64,000 nt of DNA from an uncultured Chloroflexia bacterium (lineage in GTDB: Bacteria > Chloroflexota > Limnocylindria > QHBO01). A program made the position numbers and the translations under genes. The stretch is taken from contig CAWGTN010000002.1 of the NCBI GenBank assembly GCA_963825525.1, forward strand, positions 160,001 through 224,000. The letters are read 5' to 3'. Positions 31,565 through 42,253 of this stretch are shown piece by piece. The first letter of the stretch is position 1; every line of letters starts with the position of its first letter. Below the pieces are notes generated by a model that was not told where the DNA came from, made no database searches, and worked only from the letters and a program-made list of their open reading frames with translations.

Positions 31565-32599
31565 CCGGTTCCTTCTTCCGCACCCTGCGGACGCTCCTGC
31601 TGCTCGTCCTGCTGGCGGCCATCGTGGTCGGTGTTCTGCTCTTCCTGCGGGGTGGAACGTTCAACGCGGCCGTCTCGAGCGCGCCGTACCCATCCACCGC
31701 GCTGCTGTGGGACCTCAACGGGAGCGAACGGGTCAACGTGCTCATGGTCGGCTACGGCGGCGGTGATCACGACGGCGCGTACCTCGCCGATTCGATCCAG
31801 GTCCTCTCGATCGATCCCTCGACCAATACCACCACCACGATCCCGATCCCGCGCGACCTGTGGATCGAGGGCATCGATGCCTTCAGCCAGAACGGCAAGG
31901 TCAACGAGGTCTACGCCGTCGGCCACGGGTCGGTCGACGGTGACGAGTCGGCTCGGCTGGATGCGGCCGGCGCGCGAATGGCCGAGGTTCTCACCGAGGT
32001 CACCGGCCTGCGCATCGACCACTGGCTGGCCATCGACTTCGCCGGATTCCGCGAGATGGTCGATGCGGTCGGCGGGGTGACCGTCGACAACCCCGTCGCG
32101 TTCGACTACACGACCATCGAGGAATTCCATCGGGCGGGACGCTGGGAGATGGGCGGCTTTCCGACGGGTGAGATCCATATGGACGGCGACGAGGCGCTCG
32201 CCTACGCGCGTGCCCGCTACACGAGCGTGGTGAGCGAGTCGACCGACTTTGCCCGATCCATTCGCCAGGCCAGGATCATCAGTGCGCTGCGGACGAAGCT
32301 GGGCGCCGGCGGCATCGGGTCGATCGTCCCGGGGCTCGGGCTCATGGACGCCATGGAGCAGCGGATTCGCACCGACCTTTCCGCCATCGACCTGTTCCTG
32401 CTCTCCTCGCACCTGTCCAGCGACCGACGTGATCGAGCTGACCGAGGACGTGGCGCTGGTCGCCACCACGAACACCATCGGCCAGTACATCCTCATTCCC
32501 ATCGGCTGGACCGGGCCGGGTGACTACGGCGGGCTCCAGGACTACATCGCCACCGAGCTGGCACGAAGCGAAGAGATCGGCAGCGCCGATGCGCCGTAG
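31411..32599 (+). CDS. LCP (LytR-CpsA-Psr) family protein (frameshift near 32425)
   Basis: TM, VNVLMVG, ADSIQV, IPRDLW, KVN, GFREMVDAVGGV, ALAYARAR, DFARSIRQ. Confidence 0.9.
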
Positions 32600-33086
32600 C
32601 CGGCGCCTCCGGCTCGTCGACCTGCCACGGATCCTCGTCGGCGGGGCCGTGCAGTTCGCCGAGATGTTCGGTGGCCGGTATCGGCGCACCGAGGGCGCCC
32701 ATGTGTTCGCGACCGACGACGAAGGTCGCATCCTCGTCGTTCGGACCACGTACCTGGGACCGGAGTGGATGCTTCCGGGCGGCCGCGTGGAGCGGGGAGA
32801 GACGCCGCATGCGGCCGCAGCGCGCGAGACACTGGAGGAGACCGGGATGCGGGTGCGCGTCGACCGACTGCTGCTGGTGGACGCTCATCGTGCCCGCGAC
32901 GTGAGCTTCGTCTTCGGCGCTCGGGTCGATGGCGGCGAGCTGGCGCCACAGTTCGGCGAGATCGCGGAAGTGGGCTGGGTATCGCGCCAGGAGATCGACG
33001 AGACGGCCCCTCGCCTTCGCCGGTTGCTCGAGCTCATCGAGCGAGCCGAAGGGGGCGTCACCTACGTGGGCCTGAGGCGCGCCTAG
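32589..33086 (+). CDS. NUDIX hydrolase
   Basis: LPGGRVERGETPHAAAARETLEETG Nudix box. Confidence 0.9.
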   Translation: MRRSRRLRLVDLPRILVGGAVQFAEMFGGRYRRTEGAHVFATDDEGRILVVRTTYLGPEWMLPGGRVERGETPHAAAARETLEETGMRVRVDRLLLVDAHRARDVSFVFGARVDGGELAPQFGEIAEVGWVSRQEIDETAPRLRRLLELIERAEGGVTYVGLRRA

Positions 33087-33095
33087 AATCGACAC

Positions 33096-35036
33096 ATGAG
33101 CCCCCAGCGCCCGTTGCCCGATTCGCTGCGTGCGGTCCTGCGCCGGCTGCCGACGAGCCCAGGCGTCTATCTCATGAAGCACGCCGACGGACGGGTGCTG
33201 TACGTGGGGAAGGCCGACTCGCTGCGCAGCCGCGTTCGCTCGTACTTCGGCGCCAGGGGACCGGAGGACGCCCGCATCAGCCGGATGGTGACCGAGGTCG
33301 CCGATGTCCAGTACATCGTGACCGATACCGTGTCCGAGGCGTACCTCCTCGAGTCCAACCTCATCAAGGAGCATCGCCCGCGCTTCAACATTCGGCTGCG
33401 CGACGACAAGAGCTATCCATTCGTGAAGATCACGCTGGGCGAGGACTTCCCGCGCATCGTCCGCACCCGGGCACTGAAGCGCGATGGCAGTCGCTACTTC
33501 GGACCGTACGCATCGGCGTCGAGCGTGGACGAGACGCTCAAGCTCCTTCGGAAGATCTTCCCGTTCCGAACCTGCAACCTCGACATCCCCGAGGGCAAGC
33601 GTGTGCTCGAGCGGCCGTGCCTCCTGTACTACATCAACCGCTGCCAGGGGCCGTGCATCGAGGCCATCCCCAAGCCGGAGTACCGCGAGACGATCGGCCA
33701 GATCGTCGATTTCCTGGATGGCAAGCAGGAGCCGATCGCGGCCGACCTCAAGCGCGAGATGGCCGAGCACAGTGACGCGCTGCGCTACGAGCAGGCGGCC
33801 GCGGCTCGCGACAAGCTGCGAGCCGTCGAGCGGACCATGGAGCAGCAGAAGATGGCCGCGTTCAGCCGCGCCGAGCACGACGTCATCGGCATGGCGCGGG
33901 AGGAGGACGAGGCCTGCGTGCAGGTCATGCAGGTCCGGAACGGCAAGCTCATCGGCCGCGAGCACTTCATCGTGGAGGGCGCGCGTGACGTGACCGACGA
34001 AACCGTGCTCGGAGCCTTCCTGCAGCAGTACTACGCCAGCACGGATGCGGTGCCCCGCGCGCTGCTGACGCCGATCCTGCCCGCGGAGGCCGATGAGCTC
34101 GCCGCGTACCTCGCCGATCGACGCGGCGTTCGGGTGACGATCTCGGTGCCGGAGCGCGGCGAGAAGCGGCGGCTGGTGGCCATGGCGACCGGGAATGCGG
34201 TGGAGGCCCTGGCCCGCGAGCGCGCCGAATGGCTGGCCGACACGGCAAAGCGCGACGAGGCGCTCGGCGAGCTGGCCGGGGCGCTCGGCCTGCCTCGTCC
34301 GCCGGAGCGCATCGAGTGCTACGACATGAGCAACATCCAGGGCACGAGCGCAGTCGGGTCGATGGTCGTGTTCATCGACGGCAAGCCGGAGCCGCGCGAG
34401 TACCGCCGCTTCCGAATCCGATCGGGCGACACGCCCGACGACTTCCGCATGATGGCCGAGGTCCTTCGGCGCCGATTCGGTCGGGTGGCCCGCCTGAGGC
34501 GGGAGACCGGCGCTCTGTCACTGGCCGCCGTCGGGGCCGATGAGGCACCCGAGGGGCCGGAGCCGGACCGGCGCGCGTCCGACAACTGGGCGGTGCCCGA
34601 TCTCGTGATCGTCGACGGTGGAAAGGGCCAGCTCTCGGCGGCCGTCGGCGTCATGGACGAGCTTGCCATCACCGATATCCCGCTCACCGGGCTGGCGAAG
34701 CGGTTCGAGGAGCTCTACCTGCCCGGCCGGCCTGACCCGGTGGTGCTGCCCCGGCGCTCCCAGGCCCTGTACCTGGTGCAGCGGATCCGGGACGAGGCGC
34801 ATCGGTTCGCGATCACCTACCACCGCGACGTGCGCGGCAAGCGCGCCCTGCGCAGCGAGCTCGACGACATCGCCGGCATCGGTCCGGGTCGCAAGAAGGC
34901 ACTGCTCAAGCGATTCGGCTCGGTTCGGCGCATCCGGGATGCATCGGTGGACGAGGTCGCGGACACGCCGGGGATCAGCCGTGAGCTGGCCGAGCGGCTG
35001 AAGGGCCACCTGGCTCGCGAGGGGATGCTGGCGTGA
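33096..35036 (+). CDS. uvrC: Excinuclease ABC subunit C
   Basis: PGVYLM..YVGKA (GIY-YIG), RIECYDMSNIQG, VDGGKGQ, RDEAHRFA, HhH. Confidence 0.97.
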   Translation: MSPQRPLPDSLRAVLRRLPTSPGVYLMKHADGRVLYVGKADSLRSRVRSYFGARGPEDARISRMVTEVADVQYIVTDTVSEAYLLESNLIKEHRPRFNIRLRDDKSYPFVKITLGEDFPRIVRTRALKRDGSRYFGPYASASSVDETLKLLRKIFPFRTCNLDIPEGKRVLERPCLLYYINRCQGPCIEAIPKPEYRETIGQIVDFLDGKQEPIAADLKREMAEHSDALRYEQAAAARDKLRAVERTMEQQKMAAFSRAEHDVIGMAREEDEACVQVMQVRNGKLIGREHFIVEGARDVTDETVLGAFLQQYYASTDAVPRALLTPILPAEADELAAYLADRRGVRVTISVPERGEKRRLVAMATGNAVEALARERAEWLADTAKRDEALGELAGALGLPRPPERIECYDMSNIQGTSAVGSMVVFIDGKPEPREYRRFRIRSGDTPDDFRMMAEVLRRRFGRVARLRRETGALSLAAVGADEAPEGPEPDRRASDNWAVPDLVIVDGGKGQLSAAVGVMDELAITDIPLTGLAKRFEELYLPGRPDPVVLPRRSQALYLVQRIRDEAHRFAITYHRDVRGKRALRSELDDIAGIGPGRKKALLKRFGSVRRIRDASVDEVADTPGISRELAERLKGHLAREGMLA

Positions 35037-35173
35037 CCTGGCGCCCGACGTGACGCGAACGGACGGTCGGCTATACTGGCGCCGCCCGCCGCTGGTGAAA
35101 GCGGCGCGTTTCGTGTCCGGAACGTTTCGACCGGCGCGAGATCTCCGAAGATCGAGGACCGAACGGCCAACCC

Positions 35174-36505
35174 ATGACCTGGCGTCGCATCGCCCCGTGG
35201 CTCATCGGGGTCATCGCCCTGCTGGCGATCTTCATCGACATCCCGCGAATTTCGCTCGGCGTGCCGTGGCTGCCCGACGAGGTTGCGGGAGCCCAGTTCC
35301 GGACGGTGCTGGGCCTCGACCTGCAGGGCGGCCTGCGCGTCACCCTCGAGGCCGAATCGCAGGGCGACGAGCCGGTCACCGATGAGCAGGTGGGCCTGGC
35401 GCGGGACATCATCGAGCGCCGCGTCGCCGGCATCGGCGTCAGCGAGCCACAGGTCTACACCGAGGTGGCGGGCGATGGCACCCGGCGGATCGTGGTCGAG
35501 GTGCCGGGCGTGTCGAATGAGGAGCAGATCCGGAGCCTGGTGGGGTCGACCGGACAGCTCCAGTTCATCGATCCCCGGGGGCAGGAACTCCAGCGTGACC
35601 AGGACATTCGCTCCCTGATCGATTCGGGCGCGGTTGCGGTGCTGTTCGACGGCGGGCAGATCGACCCGACCAGCGTGGCGCCGGATGTGAGCGGCAGCGC
35701 CATCGGCGTGTCGTTCACCCTGCGCGACGAGGGGAGCCGGACCTGGTGCGAATTCACGACCGCGAACGTGAACCGGGATGGCCCCATCGCGCTCGACGGC
35801 CGGGTCTACACGGTTCCGAACATCAACGACGCCATCTGCGGCGGGCAGACGATCATCACCGTCGGCACGGCCGGCGCGGAAGGGGAGGCCGAACGCACGG
35901 CCCTCTACAACACGCTGCGCTTCGGCGCGCTGCCCGTCTCGCTGACGGAGCAGGGTGTCGACCAGGTGGCCCCGACGCTGGGTCGCGACTTCCTGACCCA
36001 GGCGCTGCTGGCCGGCGCGATCGGGCTCGTGCTGGTCCTGCTCTTCATGATCGCCTACTACCGACTGCCCGGCGTCCTGGCTTCGCTCGCGCTCATCTTC
36101 TACACGCTCGTCGTGTACGCCATCTTCCGCATCATCGGGGTGACGCTCACGCTGGCCGGGGTGGCGGCGTTCATCCTCAGCATCGGCATGGCCGTGGACG
36201 CGAACATCCTCATCTTCGAGCGCATGAAGGAAGAGATCCGCGCCGGCAAGACCCTGGGACCGGCCATCGAGGCCGGATTCAACCGTGCCTGGTCGAGCAT
36301 CCTCGACTCGAACGTGAGCAGCATCCTCGTGGCGGCCTGGCTGTACTGGCAGGGGACCACCGTCGTGCGAGGCTTCGCCCTCGTGCTCATCATCGGCGTG
36401 CTCGTGAGCATGTTCAGCGCCATCACGGTGACCCGCACCCTGCTGCGATACGTGGTGCGCCGTTCGTGGGGCCGGCGCCTCGAGCTCTATCACGTGGAGC
36501 GCTGA
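35174..36505 (+). CDS. secD: Protein translocase subunit SecD
   Basis: LGLDLQGG, GMAVDANILIFERMKEE. Confidence 0.95.
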   Translation: MTWRRIAPWLIGVIALLAIFIDIPRISLGVPWLPDEVAGAQFRTVLGLDLQGGLRVTLEAESQGDEPVTDEQVGLARDIIERRVAGIGVSEPQVYTEVAGDGTRRIVVEVPGVSNEEQIRSLVGSTGQLQFIDPRGQELQRDQDIRSLIDSGAVAVLFDGGQIDPTSVAPDVSGSAIGVSFTLRDEGSRTWCEFTTANVNRDGPIALDGRVYTVPNINDAICGGQTIITVGTAGAEGEAERTALYNTLRFGALPVSLTEQGVDQVAPTLGRDFLTQALLAGAIGLVLVLLFMIAYYRLPGVLASLALIFYTLVVYAIFRIIGVTLTLAGVAAFILSIGMAVDANILIFERMKEEIRAGKTLGPAIEAGFNRAWSSILDSNVSSILVAAWLYWQGTTVVRGFALVLIIGVLVSMFSAITVTRTLLRYVVRRSWGRRLELYHVER

Positions 36506-36508
36506 CCC

Positions 36509-37609
36509 ATGTATGACATCGTAGGCAAGCGCAACCTGTGGTTCACGATCAGCGCGATCCTCACCATCCCCGGCCTGCTCTTCATCTTCCTGGGCGGGCT
36601 GCGGCCGTCGGTTGACTTCACCGGAGGCACGGAGTGGGAGGTCCGCTACGCCGATTCGCCGACGGCGGCCGAGATGCTCACCACGCTCCAGGATCTCGGC
36701 TACGAGGACGCGATCGTCACCGCGTTGCCGGATGGCTTCCTCCGCATCAGGACGGAGCCGATCGACCTCATCCCGGCCAGCACACCGGTGCCGGTCCCCT
36801 CCGCGTCCGCGTCCGCCTCGGCGTCGGGCTCGGGTTCGGCTGAACCGTCCGGATCTGCCTCCGCGTCTCCATCGGCGTCCGCGTCCGCCGCCCCGTCGGC
36901 ATCGCCGTCGGGCTCGCCGAGCGCATCGCCATCGGTCAGCCCATCGGCCGAGCCCACACCGGTGCCGGTCGCCCAGGGAACCGAGTTCGCCGACCTCGAG
37001 GGTGAGCTGGAAGGCCTGTACGGGGCCGGCGAGCCACGCAGCCTGCGCACCGTCGGCCCGATCATCGGCGCCGACCTGATCCGAAGCTCCGCGATCCTCA
37101 TCGTCATCGGCGAGCTCTTCATCCTCGCCTACCTGTGGATGCGATTCGGGTTCCGATTCGGGACCGCCGCCATCGTGGCGCTCCTCCACGACGTGATCCT
37201 GGTCGTGGGCACGTTCGCCATCCTCGGCTACTTCTTCAACGTGGAGTTCGATGCGCTGTTCGTCACCGCGCTGCTGACCATCATCGGCTTCAGCGTTCAC
37301 GACACCATCGTGGTGTTCGACCGCATCCGGGAGAACCGGGTCCGGCATGCCGGCGAGTCCTTCGGCGCGATCGTGAACCACTCGATCCTGCAGACGATGA
37401 GCCGCTCGATCATCACCTCGTTGACCGTGGTCGTGACGCTGGGCGCGCTGCTCCTGCTCGGTCCGCCGACGGTCCGCACCTTCACCCTGGCGCTGCTGCT
37501 CGGCGTGGTGAGCGGGACGTACTCCTCGATCTTCAACGCCAGCCAGATCCTGGTGGCGTGGAGCGAGTGGGACACGAAGCGGAAGGCACGCGGCCCGTCA
37601 CGCGCCTGA
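36509..37609 (+). CDS. secF: Protein translocase subunit SecF with Ser/Ala/Pro insertion
   Basis: VDFTGG, GFSVHDTIVVFDRIREN, GTYSSIF. Confidence 0.95.
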   Translation: MYDIVGKRNLWFTISAILTIPGLLFIFLGGLRPSVDFTGGTEWEVRYADSPTAAEMLTTLQDLGYEDAIVTALPDGFLRIRTEPIDLIPASTPVPVPSASASASASGSGSAEPSGSASASPSASASAAPSASPSGSPSASPSVSPSAEPTPVPVAQGTEFADLEGELEGLYGAGEPRSLRTVGPIIGADLIRSSAILIVIGELFILAYLWMRFGFRFGTAAIVALLHDVILVVGTFAILGYFFNVEFDALFVTALLTIIGFSVHDTIVVFDRIRENRVRHAGESFGAIVNHSILQTMSRSIITSLTVVVTLGALLLLGPPTVRTFTLALLLGVVSGTYSSIFNASQILVAWSEWDTKRKARGPSRA

Positions 37610-37669
37610 CGCGCCTCCGATAACCGGCCGATACGTCGCCGGTAATCCCGCCCGGACTACCATGGCAAC

Positions 37670-39418
37670 GTGATCGTCCCGAGCCTCGAGTGGCTGCTGC
37701 CCGAGCCCCTGCCGGACCCCCCGGTATTCGCCGGATTCGGGCCTCCCGTCTCGACGCTCCTGGCCCGTCGCGGCTTTTCCGAGGATGGCCAGCTCCAGCG
37801 CTTTCTCCAGGCCGGTGCCGGAGCGCTCCACGACCTCTCGCGCATGGCCGATGCCGAGGTGGCGCTCGGCCGGATCGAGACGGCGATCGAGGACGGTGAG
37901 CGGGTCGCCATCTGGGGCGACTATGACGCCGATGGCATGACGGCCATCGTGGTGTGGGTCACGGCGCTTCGTCGCCTGGGGATCGACCCGGTCCGCTACG
38001 TCCCGTCGCGACTCGCCGAGGGATACGGGCTTTCCGAGAGCGGCCTGCGGCAGCTGAAGGCGGCCAACGTCGGCCTTGTCATCACCTGCGACTGCGGCGT
38101 GAGCAATGCCGCGGAGGTCGACTACGCACGGACGTTGGGCATCGACATCGTCATCACCGATCATCACCTGCCGCCGGCAACGCTGCCCCGCGCCGTTGCC
38201 GTGGTGGATCCCCATCGTCCCGACTGCGCGTACCCGGACACCGACCTGACGGGCGCCGGCCTGTCGTACAAGCTGGCCGCCGCGCTCCTCGCTCGCCAGG
38301 GACGTGGCTCAGAGGGGTTGGCGGCGATCGCGGCGATCGGGACCGTGGCTGACATGGCGCCGATGACCGGGGAGAGCCGGGCCATCGTGCGGCTCGGCCT
38401 CGAAGAGCTGGGCACCACCACGCATGCGGGCCTCCGCGCCCTGCTGGCCCGCAGCTGCGAGGCACCCGGCACGCCGACGGCCCGCGATCTCGGGTTCGGT
38501 GTCGTCCCGCGCATCAACGCGGCCGGCCGCATCGCCGATGCGGAGCTGGCCATGGGGCTCCTTCTCGAGGAGGACGAGGCCGCGGCCGAACGCCTCGCGA
38601 ACGACCTCGAAGAGGTGCACCTTCGACGGCGCGAGATGACCACCGTCGCGGTCGAGTCCGCTCGGCTCCTGGCCGATGCATCACCCGGGACCACGCCGCT
38701 GCTCATTCGCGACGACACGTGGTCGCCGGGGCTGGTCGGCCTGGTGGCTGGCCGGCTGGCGGACGCGCTGACTCGGCCGGTCGGCGCAGCGACCCTGGTG
38801 GGGGACGAGGTGCGGGGCTCCGTCCGCGCACCCGTCGACTTCCACGTGGCAGCGGCGCTCGAGGCCTGCGCCGCCCACCTCACGAAGCGCGGCGGCCACG
38901 CGGCCGCGGGTGGCTTCAGCCTTCTTCCCGAGGCGTGGGCCGGCTTCGTCGCCGCGTTCGGTGCGCTCGAGCGGCCATTCCCGGCGGACGTCGTGGTCGA
39001 GGCCGCACGGCCGGGCCGACAGCTCGTGGACCTCGTGCTGCCCGCGCGGTACGTGGACTGGAGCCTGGCCGACGAGCTCGGCCGTCTGGCGCCGTACGGA
39101 CCGGGCCACCTCGAGCCCGTCATCGCCGTCACCGGCCTGCGGGTGGGGAGTGTTCGCCGCGTCGGGACCGGGGAGGCGCACATCGCGTTCCGCCTGCTGC
39201 GTGGCGCCGAGACGATCGATGCCATCGGGTTCGGGATGGCATCGGATCGGCGACTGCCGGCGGAGGGAGCCGCCGTCGATGTCGTCGGGACGCTGGAGCG
39301 CGACACCTTCGGTGGTCGGGAGCGGCTGCGTCTGCGTGTGCTCGACTTTGCCGAATCGGCGGCGAGCCCGCTCGTGGCGCGGCGCGCGCCGGTGGCTGCC
39401 GCCACGCCCGCCGGGTGA
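37670..39418 (+). CDS. recJ: ssDNA exonuclease RecJ
   Basis: GDYDADG, TCDCG, TDHH, GTVAD, PRINAAGR, GGHAAAGG. Confidence 0.92.
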   Translation: MIVPSLEWLLPEPLPDPPVFAGFGPPVSTLLARRGFSEDGQLQRFLQAGAGALHDLSRMADAEVALGRIETAIEDGERVAIWGDYDADGMTAIVVWVTALRRLGIDPVRYVPSRLAEGYGLSESGLRQLKAANVGLVITCDCGVSNAAEVDYARTLGIDIVITDHHLPPATLPRAVAVVDPHRPDCAYPDTDLTGAGLSYKLAAALLARQGRGSEGLAAIAAIGTVADMAPMTGESRAIVRLGLEELGTTTHAGLRALLARSCEAPGTPTARDLGFGVVPRINAAGRIADAELAMGLLLEEDEAAAERLANDLEEVHLRRREMTTVAVESARLLADASPGTTPLLIRDDTWSPGLVGLVAGRLADALTRPVGAATLVGDEVRGSVRAPVDFHVAAALEACAAHLTKRGGHAAAGGFSLLPEAWAGFVAAFGALERPFPADVVVEAARPGRQLVDLVLPARYVDWSLADELGRLAPYGPGHLEPVIAVTGLRVGSVRRVGTGEAHIAFRLLRGAETIDAIGFGMASDRRLPAEGAAVDVVGTLERDTFGGRERLRLRVLDFAESAASPLVARRAPVAAATPAG

Positions 39419-40242
39419 CGCCGCTCGAACGCCTCCGTGCGCGGCGCGAATCGGTCGGCGTCCCGCTCTGCCTCGGTGTCGATCCGCATCCTGACCGCCT
39501 GCCCGATGACCTCCCGCCGAACCTCGACGGCGTCGAACGATTCGCGCGCGGTCTCATCGAAGCGGCCGCGCCGCACGCGGTGGCGGTCAAGATCAACGTC
39601 GCCTTCTTCGAGGCCTTCGGGGCGCCGGGCATCGAAGCCCTGGCAAGGGTCCGCCGCGACGTGCCGCGGGATCTCATCTGCATCCTGGACGCCAAACGCG
39701 GCGACATCGAGACCACGGCCGAGCGGTACGCGGAGTCGCTGTTCGGCACGCTCGACGCGGACGCGGTGACGCTCTCCCCGTACCTTGGCGAGGATGCGAT
39801 TGCGCCCTTCCTCGCCCATCCGGGGCGGATGGTCTATGTGCTGGTTCGGACGAGCAATCCATCCGCGGGCCGGCTCCAGGACCTCGAGGTTGAGGGCCGG
39901 CCGCTCTATCGCGCAGTGGCGGAGTGGCTGGCCGAGACGTGGACCGATGGGAGGGTCGGCTTCGTGGTGGGTGCGACCGCGCCGAGCGAGCTCACCTCGC
40001 TGCGGCGAGCGTTGCCGGGCCCGGCGTTTCTGGTGCCGGGAGTGGGATCGCAGGGCGGAGACCTGGATGCGTCGCTGGGTGCCTGCGACGGCACATGGGC
40101 GCCGGGCCTCGTGTCCGTTTCGCGCGCCATCGCCGGCGCGTCGAGTGGCGCTGATTGGGCCGCGGCGGCGGCCGAATTCGGCCATGGCCTTTCGGGGCCG
40201 GATGGGTGGCGCAGTGCTACCATTGACTCCCGTCGACGCTGA
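39415..40242 (+). CDS. pyrF: Orotidine 5'-phosphate decarboxylase (C-terminus possibly frameshifted)
   Basis: LCLGVDP, KINVAFFE, DAKRGDI, RTSNP, LVPGVGSQGG. Confidence 0.92.
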   Translation: MTPLERLRARRESVGVPLCLGVDPHPDRLPDDLPPNLDGVERFARGLIEAAAPHAVAVKINVAFFEAFGAPGIEALARVRRDVPRDLICILDAKRGDIETTAERYAESLFGTLDADAVTLSPYLGEDAIAPFLAHPGRMVYVLVRTSNPSAGRLQDLEVEGRPLYRAVAEWLAETWTDGRVGFVVGATAPSELTSLRRALPGPAFLVPGVGSQGGDLDASLGACDGTWAPGLVSVSRAIAGASSGADWAAAAAEFGHGLSGPDGWRSATIDSRRR

Positions 40243-40267
40243 CCATGTCCAACGAGGTTCCTGACAC

Positions 40268-40492
40268 ATGCCGATTCCCGGGCCGTGGGAGCTCATCCTG
40301 CTGCTGGTGATCGTCCTGATCATCTTTGGCCCCGGCAAGCTGCCGGACATCGGCAACGCCGTGGGCAAGGGGATCCGCGAGTTCCGCAAGGCGTCGACCG
40401 AGCTCGAGGAATCCGTCAGGGGCGAATCGAAGCCGACCTCGACGTCGCCTGCCGCCGACGAGCGGCCCACGGGCGAGAGCACCAAGCACTGA
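40268..40492 (+). CDS. tatA: Twin-arginine translocase TatA
   Basis: [31 protein letters not shown]. Confidence 0.95.
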   Translation: MPIPGPWELILLLVIVLIIFGPGKLPDIGNAVGKGIREFRKASTELEESVRGESKPTSTSPAADERPTGESTKH

Positions 40493-40528
40493 CGGGTTTC
40501 GTCGCCTCCACGCCACGACGACTGATCC

Positions 40529-41259
40529 GTGACCTCTGAGCCGGCGCCCGCGCCCGAAGAGGCGACCATGAGCCTCCTCGAGCACCTCGAGGAGCTGCGG
40601 GGCCGCATCATCGTGGTTGCCGTCACCGTCGTGCTGGCCGGGATCCTCGGCTTCTTTCTCTCGGAGCCGATCGTCGGCATCCTGCGCGCCGCCCTGCCCG
40701 AGGGCCAGGACACCCTCATCCAGATCAGCGTGGGCGAGTCCCTGTGCCGTCCGCCTGCGTGTCGGCCTCTACGTCGGCATCGCGATCGCGCTGCCGGTGA
40801 TCCTGTATCAGCTGTGGCGCTTCGTCACCCCCGGGCTGACCCGTTCGGAGCGCCGCCTCATCTGGCCGATGCTCATCGGCTCGATCATCCTGTTCGCGAT
40901 CGGCATCAGCATCGGCTATTTCGTCATTCCGTATGCGCTGGAGTTCCTGCTGGGCCTCTCGCTGCCGGGCGTCGAGACGCAGCTCCGGCTGAGTGAATAC
41001 GTGAGCTTCGTCTCGACGGTGATGCTCGCGTTCGGGCTCGCGTTCCAGTTCCCGGTACTGCTGCTGGTCCTGGCTCGGGTGCGCGATCCTCAACTACAAA
41101 TTCCTCTCCGCGCGGCGTCGCTGGGCGGTCCTGCTCATCGTGCTGTTCGCGATCATCATCACGCCGGGCGGCGACCCGCTGAGCTCCTCGGTGCTGTCGC
41201 TCGTGATGTACGTGCTGTTCGAGGGCACGCTCCAGATCATTCGCACCATGGGCAAGTGA
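40529..41259 (+). CDS. tatC: Twin-arginine translocase TatC (frameshifted)
   Basis: MSLLEHLEELR, YQLWRFVTPGL, FGLAFQFP, ITPGGDP. Confidence 0.92.
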
Positions 41260-42210
41260 GCGTCTGGCTCTTCACCGATGCGCGCATGGATGCCCACGCC
41301 CAGCCTGGACATCCAGAGAGCCCGGATCGGCGGCGCGCGGCGGCGAGTGGCGTCCGAAGCGCGGCAGGCGACGCGCTGGTGGAGCCACCGGTCGAGCTCA
41401 TTGATGCAGTGACCCTGGCGGCCATCCACGATCCACGCCATGTCGCGCTGCTCGATGAAGCCGCCGCCCAGGGCGGGGGATGGGCCGATGCGGACACGTA
41501 CCTGGCCCAAGGGTCGATGACCGCCGCCCGGCTCGCCGCCGGCGCGACGCTCCAGGCCGCACTCGCCGTGGCGAGCGGGGCCGCCACGGTGGCGTTCGCG
41601 GTCGTCCGGCCGCCGGGCCATCACGCCGGACGCTCGGCGATCAGCGGGTTCTGCGTGCTGAACAACATCGCCATCGCCGTCGCCGGGCTGCGACGGCGCG
41701 GTTTGGCTCAGCGCATCGCGGTCATCGACTGGGACGTCCACCATGGCGACGGAACGCAGGCCATCTTCGATGACGATCCCGACCTGTGCTACGCCTCGAC
41801 CCACCAGTCGCCGTTCTATCCGGGCACCGGCGCTCGGTCGGAATCCGGCATCGGTCCGGGTCGTGGGACGAAGCACAACCGTCCGTTGCCGGCGGGGAGC
41901 GGCGACGAGGCATTCATCGACGCGTGGACCGACCTGCTGGCCGAGATCGAGGACTTCCGCCCCGAGGCCATCCTGGTATCTGCCGGATATGACGCCCACG
42001 TGGACGACCCGCTGGCGGAGCTGGCAGTGACCGAGGCCGGCTTCGAGACGGTCGCGCGTCTCGTCGGATCGCTCGCGGCTCGCACTGAGTCTGCACGGCG
42101 TCGCGCTCACGCTGGAGGGCGGATACGACCTCGCGGCGCTCGAGGCCTGCGCTGCAGCGTCAGTGAGGGGTCTGCTCGACGGCCTGGCCATCGGAGCGGA
42201 GCGTGCCTGA
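41256..42210 (+). CDS. Histone-deacetylase-family (AcuC/AphA) Zn hydrolase
   Basis: HPESPDR, RPPGHHA, GFCVLNN, DWDVHHGDGTQ, SAGYDAH, LEGGY. Confidence 0.92.
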
Positions 42211-42253
42211 GCACGGGCTATACTCGGGAACCCATAGGCACACGGAGGGGACA

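Noticed and set aside
35057-35068. GAAC-GGAC-GGTC as an SOS box upstream of secD
   Set aside because: One mismatch, GC-rich background and not in front of a repair gene.
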